Source: Clostridia bacterium
GTDB lineage: Bacteria > Bacillota > Clostridia > TANB77 > CAG-508
Assembly (NCBI GenBank): GCA_017528375.1
Contig: JAFXOY010000041.1
Span: 22,480-54,479, forward strand
Direction: 5' to 3'
DNA length: 32,000 nucleotides
Positions 1 to 9,419 of this stretch are shown in pieces. The first letter of the stretch is position 1; every line of letters starts with the position of its first letter. A program made the position numbers and the translations under genes. The notes beneath the pieces were generated by a model that saw nothing but the letters and a program-made list of their open reading frames with translations, did not search any database and was not told where the DNA came from.

Positions 1-2
1 AC

Positions 3-3000
3 AACTACAATGGTGGTTCATTAGCAACAGGTTCAACAGAAACAACAACATACACAATTGAAGATACAGTAATTCTACCGACAGCAACAAAAACTGGATA
101 TAACTTCATAGGTTGGAAAGAACAAGGAGCAGATGACAGCACAGCAGTAACACAAATATCAGGGAAAACAGGAAATCTCAACTTAGTAGCTGTATATACA
201 AGTGGAGATGTGTTCTATAAAATACACCACTTTGTAGAAAATGCAAATGACAATAAATACACAGAAGAACCTGTAGAAATTGTAACAAAATTAAAAGGTG
301 TAACACCTGAAACTAATGTAAAAACAGGAGATGTAATTACATTAAATAGTACTCAAGCAAAAGCAATAGCTAATACTACAGTTGAAAAAGTAACAGCAAC
401 ACCAAATGGAACAAATGGTGGAGCAGTAACTGTAGCAGCCGATTCATCAACAGAAATTTATGTATATTATAAAAGAGATAAATTTGATTTAACTGTAACA
501 GCAGGATCAAATACTAAAAATGCAACAGGAACTGGAAAATATAAATGGGGACAAACAGTTGATATATCAGCTCAATATGCAAATGTAACAGGATATGAAT
601 ATTCAAACTTTGCATGGACAACAACAGATACATCAATTTTAGCAGGTACTTCAGAATCTTCAACAACAGTAACAATGCCTACAGCAAATACAACTGTAAC
701 TTCAACAGCAACAAGAGCTGCAATTCAATATTCTATATCATATGAATTAAATGGAGGATCAGTAAGTACAACAAACCCTACAACATATACTGTTGAAACA
801 AATACGATAACATTAAATAACCCAACAAAACCAGGCTATACATTCGCAGGATGGACAGGAACAGGACTATCAACAGTAACAAAAACTGTAAAAATAGCCA
901 AAGGAAGCACAGGAAACAGAACATATACTGCAACATGGACAGCAAATAATTATTCAATAAGCTATAACTTAGATGGTGGTTCAGTAACAGGAACAAACCC
1001 AACATCATATACAATAGAAAGTAATAACATAACATTAATTAATCCAACAAAAGCAGGTTATACATTTGCAGGATGGACAGGAACAGGATTATCACAAGCA
1101 ACTTCAGCTGTAACAATAGCTAAAGGAAGCACTGGAAACAGATCTTATGCTGCAACATGGACTGCAAACACATATACAGTAACATTAGATGCAAATAATG
1201 GAACTGTAACACCAACAAGTATAGAAGTAACATATAACAACAATTATGGAACACTACCAACACCAACAAGAACAGGTTATACATTTGATGGATGGTATTA
1301 CAATGAAAATAAAGTAGAGTCAACAACTAAAGTTACAACAGCATCAGCTCATACATTAATAGCTGAATGGACAGTAAATACTCATACTTTAACATATGAC
1401 TTTGGAATAAACGGTGGACAAGCAAGTTCATCAAATAACAGTACATCAACAACAGAACAAAAAGATTACGGAACAAAAATTGATTTAACAAAATCAGCGT
1501 ACAAAGCAAATAGTGCGTTCTTAGGCTGGGCAGAAACGGCAGAAGCAACAACAGCTTTATCAACATCAGCAATTCTAACAATGCCAGATGCAAATAAAAC
1601 ACTATATGCAATCTACGCAAACATGAATGTATCAGAAAACACAGAAACAATAGACTTAAGTGATGCAGAAAATCCAACTCATACTAAAACAATAACAGTA
1701 ACCGGCTCAAACTATGGTACAGCATCAGTATCATCTAGCGACTCAGCAACAGCTACAGCAACAATTACTGGAAACACAATAACAATAACAGCACTAAAAA
1801 CGGGAACAGCAACAATCACAGTAACAAGTTCAGCAACAGATATTAACGAAGATGCAATAACAAAAACAATAACAGTAAATGTAATAAAAACACCAACAGC
1901 TTTAACAATAACACCAGCAACTACAACATTGAAAATAGATTCAGGATTTAACACAACAACATTAAATGCAACAATTACACCAACACAAACAACACAGTAC
2001 AATACAATAACATGGACAAGTTCAAATCCAGAAGTTGCAACAGTTGATCAACAAGGAAATGTAACAGCTGTTTCATTAGGAACCACAACAATTACAGCAT
2101 CAACAGGAAAAAATAATGTAATAACAGCTACAGCTACAATAATTGTTGAAACATCAAATTATGCAGAATATCAAGGCAATAATATAGTTAATTATTATTC
2201 AACTTTAAAAGATGCATTTGATAATGCTGTAAATGGAAATACAGTAAAGCCATTAAATAATACTGTTAATGATGCAAGTATATATAATCCAACACTTATA
2301 TCAGGTAAAACATTAACATTAGATTTATCTGGAAAAAATGTAATATTAAGTAAAAATATTATAAACAATGGTTCATTAACAATAAGTGATAGTATAGCAA
2401 CAGGAATATTGGAATCGGATGAAACTGTAATTTCTTGTAACAGTGCTTCAAGTATCTTAAATATAACAAGTGGAACAATTAGTGGTAATCAAACAGTTGT
2501 TATTGAAGGAGGAACTGCAAACGTTACAGGAGGGACAATAATAGGTGAATCTGATGGGGTAATAGTTGAAACTGGAGCAACTTTAACTTTAGGAAATAAT
2601 GATAGTACTGTAACATCATCTAAAGATGCTCATCCATTAATTGAAGGTGGAGTAAGAGGTGTTCAAAATTCAAATGGAACCTTTAATTTCTACGATGGAG
2701 CAGTTAAAGGTCCAGTAAATAGCTCAATAGATGGAACTGTAACAGCAAAACCAACTGGTTATATAGTTAGAAAATATCATGACATGGTAAATGGAACAGC
2801 GCAAGAAACTGCTGTACTAGAGCCTGGAACACCAAGTGTAATAATAACAGGAGAAGCAACAGGAGTAACAACTGGTTTAATAAGACATTATGATGGCACA
2901 AATAACCTTGGAAATGGACACTCAAATACGCCAACAAGATGGGTAGATTTATCAGGACATCAAGATGCAGAATTAAATGGTGTAACATTTGATATAAATG

Positions 3001-6000
3001 GAGCAACATTTAATGGAACAAGTGATTATGCTACTTTAGGAGAAATAAACAATATAGAAGCGTTAACAATTCAAGTAGATGTTAAAATTAATAAAATAGA
3101 ATCAGGTGAAAAATTCTTAGTATCCAATTTCGAAAGAGGAGGAGCAGGACTTGAATTAATAGATGGAAAACCAACATTTGCAATATATGTACCAGGAAAA
3201 GGTTATAACTATTGTGGAATTGATCAAGAAATAGACACAGCTTATGCTCATAATATTGCTGGAACATATGATGGAACAACAATGTCATTATACATTGATG
3301 GAGTTCTTCATAATACAACAACAGTTGGTGGAGCAATAGGTAACCCAACTGATAATACAGTAATGGCAATAGGAACAAATCCTAAAGGAAATGGTGTAAC
3401 AAGTACAGAAACAGGATTTGCAAGTATGAAAATGTATTCTACAAGAATATATGATAGAGGTATAACACAATTAGAAATAAAACAAAACATGAATGCAACT
3501 AGAATAAGAAATTATATTGCACCAGGTAATGCATCAAATGATGCAAATGTAACATTGTCAATTATATTTAATGAAGAAGTAACAGGATTTACAGCTGATG
3601 ATATAACAGTTACAAATGCTACAAAAGGTGAATTAACAGGAAGTGGAGCAAATTACACTTTAGCAATTACTGATATAATAAGTTCAAAGACATTAAGTAT
3701 TAAAATAAATGATAAAAGTTATACAAACTTAGCTGGAGTTGAAGGAAGTTCTTATGAGGTAGGTAGATACAGAGATGTATCAAGTCCATCTCCTACAATA
3801 ACAGCAAATCCAAGTGATGAGCCAACAAATGCAAACATAATTACATATACAATTGATTATAATGAAAGCGGAGTTTTAGGATTAACAGCTGATGAAATTA
3901 CAGTAACAAATGGAACAAAAGGAACATTTACACAATTAGGCTATGGAGAATATAGTTTGGAAGTCACAACAACAGAAAGTGGAAATCAAACAATAACTGT
4001 ACCAGCAGGAGCATGTTTCAACTCATGCGGAAACCCAAGCCTTGCAGCAAGCAAAACAGTAGTAGTAGATAAAGAAGCACCGATAATAACACCAACAATG
4101 GAATCAGTACTAAATTCAAGCTTTGATAGTTGGGAATTAGAAGGTGGAGCATATATAGATAATGATGGAACTTTAATATTACCAAGTACAGGAGCAAAAG
4201 CATGGTCTCCATATATGTATGTTAATGGAAACCAATGGTCATTTACTGCAGATGCGCTATCAACATCAATTTCTACTAGATATGTTAGTGAAAATAAAGC
4301 TGCTTGGTATATGAAAACTTTATATTTTGATGATAATCTAGATCCAACTAATGCACCTGAAAATTCAAGAGCAGTCGGAGCACAAGGAAATGGAAGTGCT
4401 GGAAAATTAGATCTAAACACATGGGCAGAAGCAAAACCATGGACTACTGAAATATATGCAAGTAATATTAAATATGTAAGAATGTGTTTAAGCGTGGATG
4501 GAGAGTATTCATTAGCAACAACAAAATATAAAAATCCGAAATTTGTATCATATACAACACAAACAGATAAAAAGGTAACGATTCAAACGGCAGTAACAGA
4601 TAATTTATCTGGAATTGTACATGTAAGATGGTTATCAGGAGAAAAAACTGTAGCAAACTTTGTTACTGGAGGAACAGAAATTTCAGGTTCACTTGATGCA
4701 ACTGGAAATAAGTTTACTGGTTCATTTGATGTAACATCAAATGGCAAATATACAATTTTTGCAATGGATAATGCAGGAAATGCAACAGTAAATGTTGTTG
4801 AAGTAAACTTAATTAATGCAAACAGTACAACAGATAAATTAAAAGTAACATTTGATGCAAATGGTGGAGAAGTAAGCACATCATACAAATTTGTAACATA
4901 TGGAAAAACATATGAAGAATTACCAACACCAACAAGAACAGGATATACATTTGATGGATGGTATACAGAAGTTTCAGATGGAAATCAATGCACAAATGAA
5001 ACTAGCGTAAGTAGAAAAGTAAATCATAGTTTATATGCACATTGGACAGCAAATAGCTATAAGCTAGTAAAATATAATGGAATTAATCTAATTGATAATG
5101 GAACATTTGAAAAATATACAACAAGAAGTAACCAAGGTTGGGACGGAACTCTAAACGGAGTAGAAGGCGATCCTGCAAAAGCCTATAATGTTACAAACTG
5201 GGGAACAGGATATAATAGTGGTGTAGCAAACCCATCTGCAGGTTACCATGCACATATGAAATTAGTTGATGGTAATGCTGTACTACAATTTAAAACTAAT
5301 GAAGATATTTCAGGAGTGGCAACTAATAGATGGCTTGGAATTTCTCAAACTATTGATGGAGCAAAATTCACAGCTGGAAAAACATATAAAATAACAATGG
5401 ATGTATATAGAGTCTCTGGAAGTACATATGTAACAGCAGGTATACAACATACAAGTAATAGTGGAAGTAGTTACGCATTCTCAAGTGGCTCAGGAAGATT
5501 CATCCCAACAACAACTGGGCAATGGGAAACATTAAGTTGGACATTTACGTTGAGCGCAGAGTATACTTATTCAAATGGAACAACAACATATAATCCACGT
5601 TTATATTTATATGGACATAATAGTGGAACTGCTGGTGATTTATATGTAGATAATGTTAAAGTTGAAGAAGCAGATATAACTGATAAAGTATATGACACAA
5701 CATATACTTCAGCGGAATTACCAACTCCAACGAAAACAGGATATACATTCGCAGGTTGGTATGCAGATGCAAATTACACAACACCTATATCAACATCAAA
5801 TAAATTTACTGAATCAACTGCAACATTTGAAAATGTTAATGAAGCAGGAACAAATGCATATATTTATGGAAAATGGACACCTAATACATATACAATTAAG
5901 TTTAATGCAAATTATGGTAGTGCATCAGGAACAATGGAAGATCAAGTTATGACAGTGGGGGTAGCACAAAATCTAACTGCAAATGCGTATAGAGCTGCAG

Positions 6001-9000
6001 CTGGTTTTATAGGATGGAATACTAAAGCTGATGGAACAGGAACTCACTATGATGATATGCAGTCAGTTGTTAATTTGACCACAACGCAAGATGAAGTGGT
6101 AGATTTATATGGTGAATGGGGAATAATTGCGGAATATGATTCAACAGGAAAATATGTTGCAAAATATTGGGGTATAGCACCTGCATTTGAAAATGCTCAA
6201 AGTGGAAATACGCTTAAAACATTAATAACGGCTAATTTAGGTGAATACCCAACAAACCCTGAAGGAAAAACATTAATTTTCGATTTAAATGGAAAAAGTA
6301 TAGGTTGTCCAACTCTTTATAACAATGGAAATTTAACAATAAAGGATAGTGGTACTGGTGGAGTATTTAACATGTATACATATCAAGAAAATGGAACATT
6401 AACACTTGAAAGTGGAATTGCTGCAGCTTCTATAGAAGTTAGTGGTGGAACATATATTGTAAATGGTGGACAACTACGAGGAAATAGAATTGAAGTAAAA
6501 CAAAATGGTAAAATGATTATAAATGACGTAAATGATACTTCTTCTGTATTTAATGTAAATGGAGAATTAGATATCTATGATGGAAAATTAAATAGCTATT
6601 TATATGTAGAAGATGGTGGAACTACGAATATGTACGGAGGTACAATTCATTATAGTGGTGGTTCTGAGACTATTTATTTATACAAAGGGACTTTAAACAT
6701 TGAAGGTGGTACAATAATTAGTGATTCATATAGAGCAATTGGTGTACACGAGGCTTCAGGAACAATAATACTTGGTAAAAAAGATAATAATATTAATTTA
6801 TCTGCTCCAGTGATTCAAGGAGGTCAATATGGAATAAATTTTGCTGTAAGAAGTCCTAAACTATTCTTTTATGACGGTATAGTTAAAGGAGGAGAAAAAG
6901 CATTTGGTAATCAACAAGGAGGAGATATAACTCTAGAAGATAATAGCTCACTTGTTTATGGCACAGAAGTTATAGACTATTTGTCATATGGTGGTAGAAC
7001 GTATGGAACTGCTGCAGTTCAAAAGAATGCAACATTAACAGTAAATCCAAATGGAGGAACATGGAATGGGAAGACAACAAGTCAAACATATAATCAAGGT
7101 TATGGAAGTGAGTTAAATATTCCAGTACCAACAAGAGCAGGATATACATTTACAGGATGGACATTAACAGGAGCAAATAATGTTTCATTAGCAAATGGAA
7201 GACTAGGAGAAAGTTTACATACAGACAGTACATTTGAAAGTGGTACAAATGATATTGCTGCTTATAATAATATAAATGATGGAACAGTAACTGTAAAAAG
7301 AACAGAATCAAGTTATTCAGCAGTTTATTATGGAGATAATCCTATAGGAGATTACGTTGTAGAGGTTCAACCAAGTTCAACGGCTACACCAGAAATGGGT
7401 GGATTTAAGCAAGTAACTAATTCAGCGGCAAATCAAAAGTATATTCACGTATTTATAGCTACTTTACCAACTGGATATCGATTCTGTCCGCACATGAATT
7501 CTGTAGGAAATGGAAGTAGTGTTACATGGTTAACTTCAAGAGAAGGAACTGGAGCATATGCAGTATATGCTTATCAAGTAAATGCGGGAAGTTCGGGAAC
7601 ATTTAGGACTTTTGGCTATGTGTCAGTAGAAGAATCAACGCAACCAGCAAATTCATATAGAAACAATTCAACATTCTGGATTGCATATTCAGATGTAATA
7701 AATATCACTAACACAAAAGGAACAAAATATATATTCGGAAGTAGTAATGCAACATTAAAAGCTAATTGGACTCAAACAAGCGGACAACAAAATATAGTAT
7801 CTCAAATGAATAGTAAAGCAGGTGTTTTACGTACATTAAGTTTAAATAACATTGGTTTAAACTTACAACAAAATGCTGATTCTAATGATAATATTTCTGA
7901 TAATAATGCTTTTGAAAACATTTCTACCCAAGAGGTTGAACCAGAGAAAGAAATTGTTGAAGAGCCAAAAGAAGATCTAACGGAAAATGTTGAAAAAGAC
8001 ATTGAAACAGAAACAAATCCAACAGATCAAAACATTATAGCTTTAGTTCAAATAAATGAAACAACATATCCATCATTATCAGAAGCAATCGCTTCAGCAA
8101 ATAATGGAGACACAATTAAGTTATTAGAAAACATAGAGCAAACCGACGATGTTACCATAGAACAAGGTAAAAATATAATAATAGATTTAAACGGTAAGAC
8201 TCTAACAAGTTCTTCTAGCAACACAATAGCTAACCAAGGCACATTGACAATCAAAGGAACAGGTATTATAAAGAACGAAACAGAAAATGGAAACGTAATT
8301 TATAATACAGGTATTCTAAACATAGAAAACGGAATTATCACAACAGCTAAAAACGGTGGTAAAGGTGTTTACAATGCTTCAGTAAATCAATCTGGAACAA
8401 CCGCAACATTAAACATGAAGTCAGGTAAAATAGTAACTGAAGGAATTGGTTCAATAGGTATCTATAACATCGAAAAAGCTAAAACATTGGTTTCAGGAGG
8501 AATTATAGAAACAAGAAACTATGCAAGTAAGAGCATTTATAATGACTCAGAAATTGAAATAAATAACGCAAAAGTTATTGTTGCTGACTATGATTCAATA
8601 GGTATTTACAATGCAAGCAATAGTAAAGCTTGTAGAATTAACAAAACTGAAATAAAAGTTGAAGCAGAAGAAATAGAAAACTATGAATTAATTAAAAATA
8701 CAAACGAATTCAAAGAAACATTAAATAATTTAAAACCAAGTTACGGAATTTATAATGACAGTAATGTAGAAGTAATAATAGAAGACGCTACAATGAAAAT
8801 CGAAAGATTAAAAGGTGTCGGAATATTTAATAAAAAAGACGGTACAGTAACTTTAGGAAAAGAAGATGACAACGTAAATTCAGCAACTCCAATAATTTAT
8901 GCAATTTCAGACAACACAACAGGAATAATTAATAATGAAAAAGGTAAAATTAATTTCTACGACGGTAGAATCATAACTACCAGCTCAATAAAAAATATGA

Positions 9001-9302
9001 TAACAAAAGTATTATTTAATTATGAAATATATGAAGAATTAAATTCAAATATAATTAATACAACTTTGAGATTAATTGAAATTGTAAATGAAGAAAAGGT
9101 TGAAAGTGAATCAGAAAACAAAAAGGAAACAGTTGAGGTAAAGAAAGAAGAAGAAGTGATTGTAGAAAATAAACAAGAAATAAAAGAAGAAGTTAAAGGC
9201 CAGAATCAAGAAGAAATTCAAGATAAAGGTCAAGAAACAACTCAGGAAGAACAACCACAAGTAAAGAAAAAAACAAGCGAAGTAGCTGAAGGTAATTCAT
9301 AA
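3..9302 (+). CDS. Giant secreted/surface multi-domain repeat protein, 5'-partial (continues upstream of window)
   Basis: The frame is open from nt 3: NYNGGSLATGSTETTTYTIEDTVILPTATKTGYNFIGWKEQ... is already a repeat unit, so the ORF-track GTG at 210 is internal. There are many NGG...P.P.(R/K).GY.F.GW units (Listeria-Bacteroides-type repeat). Other segments: two Big_2-like Ig segments (~1660-2150), a LamG/ConA-like segment (RWVDLSG...FNGTSDY...LYIDG...RIYDR, ~2870-3500) and a CBM4/9-like segment (NLIDNGTFE...LYVDNVKVEE, ~5086-5672). Three beta-helix-like modules lie at ~2160-2830, ~6124-7020 and ~8041-9060. The protein ends in an E/K-rich tail with TAA at 9300-9302. Confidence 0.85.
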   Translation, partial: NYNGGSLATGSTETTTYTIEDTVILPTATKTGYNFIGWKEQGADDSTAVTQISGKTGNLNLVAVYTSGDVFYKIHHFVENANDNKYTEEPVEIVTKLKGVTPETNVKTGDVITLNSTQAKAIANTTVEKVTATPNGTNGGAVTVAADSSTEIYVYYKRDKFDLTVTAGSNTKNATGTGKYKWGQTVDISAQYANVTGYEYSNFAWTTTDTSILAGTSESSTTVTMPTANTTVTSTATRAAIQYSISYELNGGSVSTTNPTTYTVETNTITLNNPTKPGYTFAGWTGTGLSTVTKTVKIAKGSTGNRTYTATWTANNYSISYNLDGGSVTGTNPTSYTIESNNITLINPTKAGYTFAGWTGTGLSQATSAVTIAKGSTGNRSYAATWTANTYTVTLDANNGTVTPTSIEVTYNNNYGTLPTPTRTGYTFDGWYYNENKVESTTKVTTASAHTLIAEWTVNTHTLTYDFGINGGQASSSNNSTSTTEQKDYGTKIDLTKSAYKANSAFLGWAETAEATTALSTSAILTMPDANKTLYAIYANMNVSENTETIDLSDAENPTHTKTITVTGSNYGTASVSSSDSATATATITGNTITITALKTGTATITVTSSATDINEDAITKTITVNVIKTPTALTITPATTTLKIDSGFNTTTLNATITPTQTTQYNTITWTSSNPEVATVDQQGNVTAVSLGTTTITASTGKNNVITATATIIVETSNYAEYQGNNIVNYYSTLKDAFDNAVNGNTVKPLNNTVNDASIYNPTLISGKTLTLDLSGKNVILSKNIINNGSLTISDSIATGILESDETVISCNSASSILNITSGTISGNQTVVIEGGTANVTGGTIIGESDGVIVETGATLTLGNNDSTVTSSKDAHPLIEGGVRGVQNSNGTFNFYDGAVKGPVNSSIDGTVTAKPTGYIVRKYHDMVNGTAQETAVLEPGTPSVIITGEATGVTTGLIRHYDGTNNLGNGHSNTPTRWVDLSGHQDAELNGVTFDINGATFNGTSDYATLGEINNIEALTIQVDVKINKIESGEKFLVSNFERGGAGLELIDGKPTFAIYVPGKGYNYCGIDQEIDTAYAHNIAGTYDGTTMSLYIDGVLHNTTTVGGAIGNPTDNTVMAIGTNPKGNGVTSTETGFASMKMYSTRIYDRGITQLEIKQNMNATRIRNYIAPGNASNDANVTLSIIFNEEVTGFTADDITVTNATKGELTGSGANYTLAITDIISSKTLSIKINDKSYTNLAGVEGSSYEVGRYRDVSSPSPTITANPSDEPTNANIITYTIDYNESGVLGLTADEITVTNGTKGTFTQLGYGEYSLEVTTTESGNQTITVPAGACFNSCGNPSLAASKTVVVDKEAPIITPTMESVLNSSFDSWELEGGAYIDNDGTLILPSTGAKAWSPYMYVNGNQWSFTADALSTSISTRYVSENKAAWYMKTLYFDDNLDPTNAPENSRAVGAQGNGSAGKLDLNTWAEAKPWTTEIYASNIKYVRMCLSVDGEYSLATTKYKNPKFVSYTTQTDKKVTIQTAVTDNLSGIVHVRWLSGEKTVANFVTGGTEISGSLDATGNKFTGSFDVTSNGKYTIFAMDNAGNATVNVVEVNLINANSTTDKLKVTFDANGGEVSTSYKFVTYGKTYEELPTPTRTGYTFDGWYTEVSDGNQCTNETSVSRKVNHSLYAHWTANSYKLVKYNGINLIDNGTFEKYTTRSNQGWDGTLNGVEGDPAKAYNVTNWGTGYNSGVANPSAGYHAHMKLVDGNAVLQFKTNEDISGVATNRWLGISQTIDGAKFTAGKTYKITMDVYRVSGSTYVTAGIQHTSNSGSSYAFSSGSGRFIPTTTGQWETLSWTFTLSAEYTYSNGTTTYNPRLYLYGHNSGTAGDLYVDNVKVEEADITDKVYDTTYTSAELPTPTKTGYTFAGWYADANYTTPISTSNKFTESTATFENVNEAGTNAYIYGKWTPNTYTIKFNANYGSASGTMEDQVMTVGVAQNLTANAYRAAAGFIGWNTKADGTGTHYDDMQSVVNLTTTQDEVVDLYGEWGIIAEYDSTGKYVAKYWGIAPAFENAQSGNTLKTLITANLGEYPTNPEGKTLIFDLNGKSIGCPTLYNNGNLTIKDSGTGGVFNMYTYQENGTLTLESGIAAASIEVSGGTYIVNGGQLRGNRIEVKQNGKMIINDVNDTSSVFNVNGELDIYDGKLNSYLYVEDGGTTNMYGGTIHYSGGSETIYLYKGTLNIEGGTIISDSYRAIGVHEASGTIILGKKDNNINLSAPVIQGGQYGINFAVRSPKLFFYDGIVKGGEKAFGNQQGGDITLEDNSSLVYGTEVIDYLSYGGRTYGTAAVQKNATLTVNPNGGTWNGKTTSQTYNQGYGSELNIPVPTRAGYTFTGWTLTGANNVSLANGRLGESLHTDSTFESGTNDIAAYNNINDGTVTVKRTESSYSAVYYGDNPIGDYVVEVQPSSTATPEMGGFKQVTNSAANQKYIHVFIATLPTGYRFCPHMNSVGNGSSVTWLTSREGTGAYAVYAYQVNAGSSGTFRTFGYVSVEESTQPANSYRNNSTFWIAYSDVINITNTKGTKYIFGSSNATLKANWTQTSGQQNIVSQMNSKAGVLRTLSLNNIGLNLQQNADSNDNISDNNAFENISTQEVEPEKEIVEEPKEDLTENVEKDIETETNPTDQNIIALVQINETTYPSLSEAIASANNGDTIKLLENIEQTDDVTIEQGKNIIIDLNGKTLTSSSSNTIANQGTLTIKGTGIIKNETENGNVIYNTGILNIENGIITTAKNGGKGVYNASVNQSGTTATLNMKSGKIVTEGIGSIGIYNIEKAKTLVSGGIIETRNYASKSIYNDSEIEINNAKVIVADYDSIGIYNASNSKACRINKTEIKVEAEEIENYELIKNTNEFKETLNNLKPSYGIYNDSNVEVIIEDATMKIERLKGVGIFNKKDGTVTLGKEDDNVNSATPIIYAISDNTTGIINNEKGKINFYDGRIITTSSIKNMITKVLFNYEIYEELNSNIINTTLRLIEIVNEEKVESESENKKETVEVKKEEEVIVENKQEIKEEVKGQNQEEIQDKGQETTQEEQPQVKKKTSEVAEGNS
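729..1172 (+). repeat. Tandem 222-bp (74-codon) coding repeat, two closely similar copies (729-950, 951-1172), with more diverged units following to ~1620
   Basis: YSISYELNGGSVSTTNPTTYTVETNTITLNNPTKPGYTFAGWTGTGLSTVTKTVKIAKGSTGNRTYTATWTAN versus YSISYNLDGGSVTGTNPTSYTIESNNITLINPTKAGYTFAGWTGTGLSQATSAVTIAKGSTGNRSYAATWTAN. The nucleotide strings are also visibly similar (e.g. ggatggacaggaacagga... in both). Confidence 0.8.
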
Positions 9303-9310
9303 AAACAAAA

Positions 9311-9380
9311 ATGACACAAATGGGGACGGACTCAATTTGTGTCATTTTTGACACATTTTGGGACGGTCTTGTTTTGTTTC
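9311..9380. repeat. Two copies of a 33-bp GC-cored hairpin unit (GGGAC-repeat family, locus A)
   Basis: 9311-9343 is TGACACAAATGGGGACGGACTCAATTTGTGTCA and 9348-9380 is TGACACATTTTGGGACGGTCTTGTTTTGTTTCA. A third copy lies at 18590-18622. Each has TGACACA/TGTGTCA-type arms around a GGGACGG core. Confidence 0.8.
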
Positions 9381-9410
9381 AAATTTGAAACAAAACAAGA
9401 CCGTCCCAAA
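9355..9410. terminator. 56-bp perfect palindrome between convergent genes; probable bidirectional terminator/stabiliser hairpin
   Basis: TTTTGGGACGGTCTTGTTTTGTTTCAAA|TTTGAAACAAAACAAGACCGTCCCAAAA is its own exact reverse complement. It sits between the stop of the giant gene (9302) and the stop of the minus-strand ABC-F gene (9420). It lacks a clean trailing U-run on either strand, so the terminator call rests on position and stem strength. Confidence 0.55.
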
Positions 9411-9419
9411 ACGTTTCAT

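Noticed and set aside
210-212. ORF-track start (GTG at 210) for the giant protein
   Set aside because: The same frame is open back to nt 3 and already encodes a bona fide repeat unit (…TKTGYNFIGWKEQ…). The gene is 5'-truncated by the window rather than starting here.
778-8254. About 20 short ORFs (60-144 aa) on the minus strand or off-frame (e.g. 5692-5952) inside the giant gene
   Set aside because: They lie entirely within a 9.3-kb ORF that has clear domain content. Their translations are Leu/Phe/Cys/His-rich low-complexity strings typical of antisense reading of A-rich codons, and none has an RBS.
9060-9302. Search for a sortase LPXTG signal or C-terminal TM anchor on the giant protein
   Set aside because: None is present. 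The tail is purely acidic/basic low complexity ending EVAEGNS.
9374-9391. TGTTTCAAATTTGAAACA resembles the parS half-sites (TGTTTCAC/GTGAAACA)
   Set aside because: It is 18 bp rather than 16 bp and lacks the central CACGTG. It is the centre of the 56-bp palindrome derived from the repeat family, and no parAB genes are nearby. The resemblance is probably coincidental.
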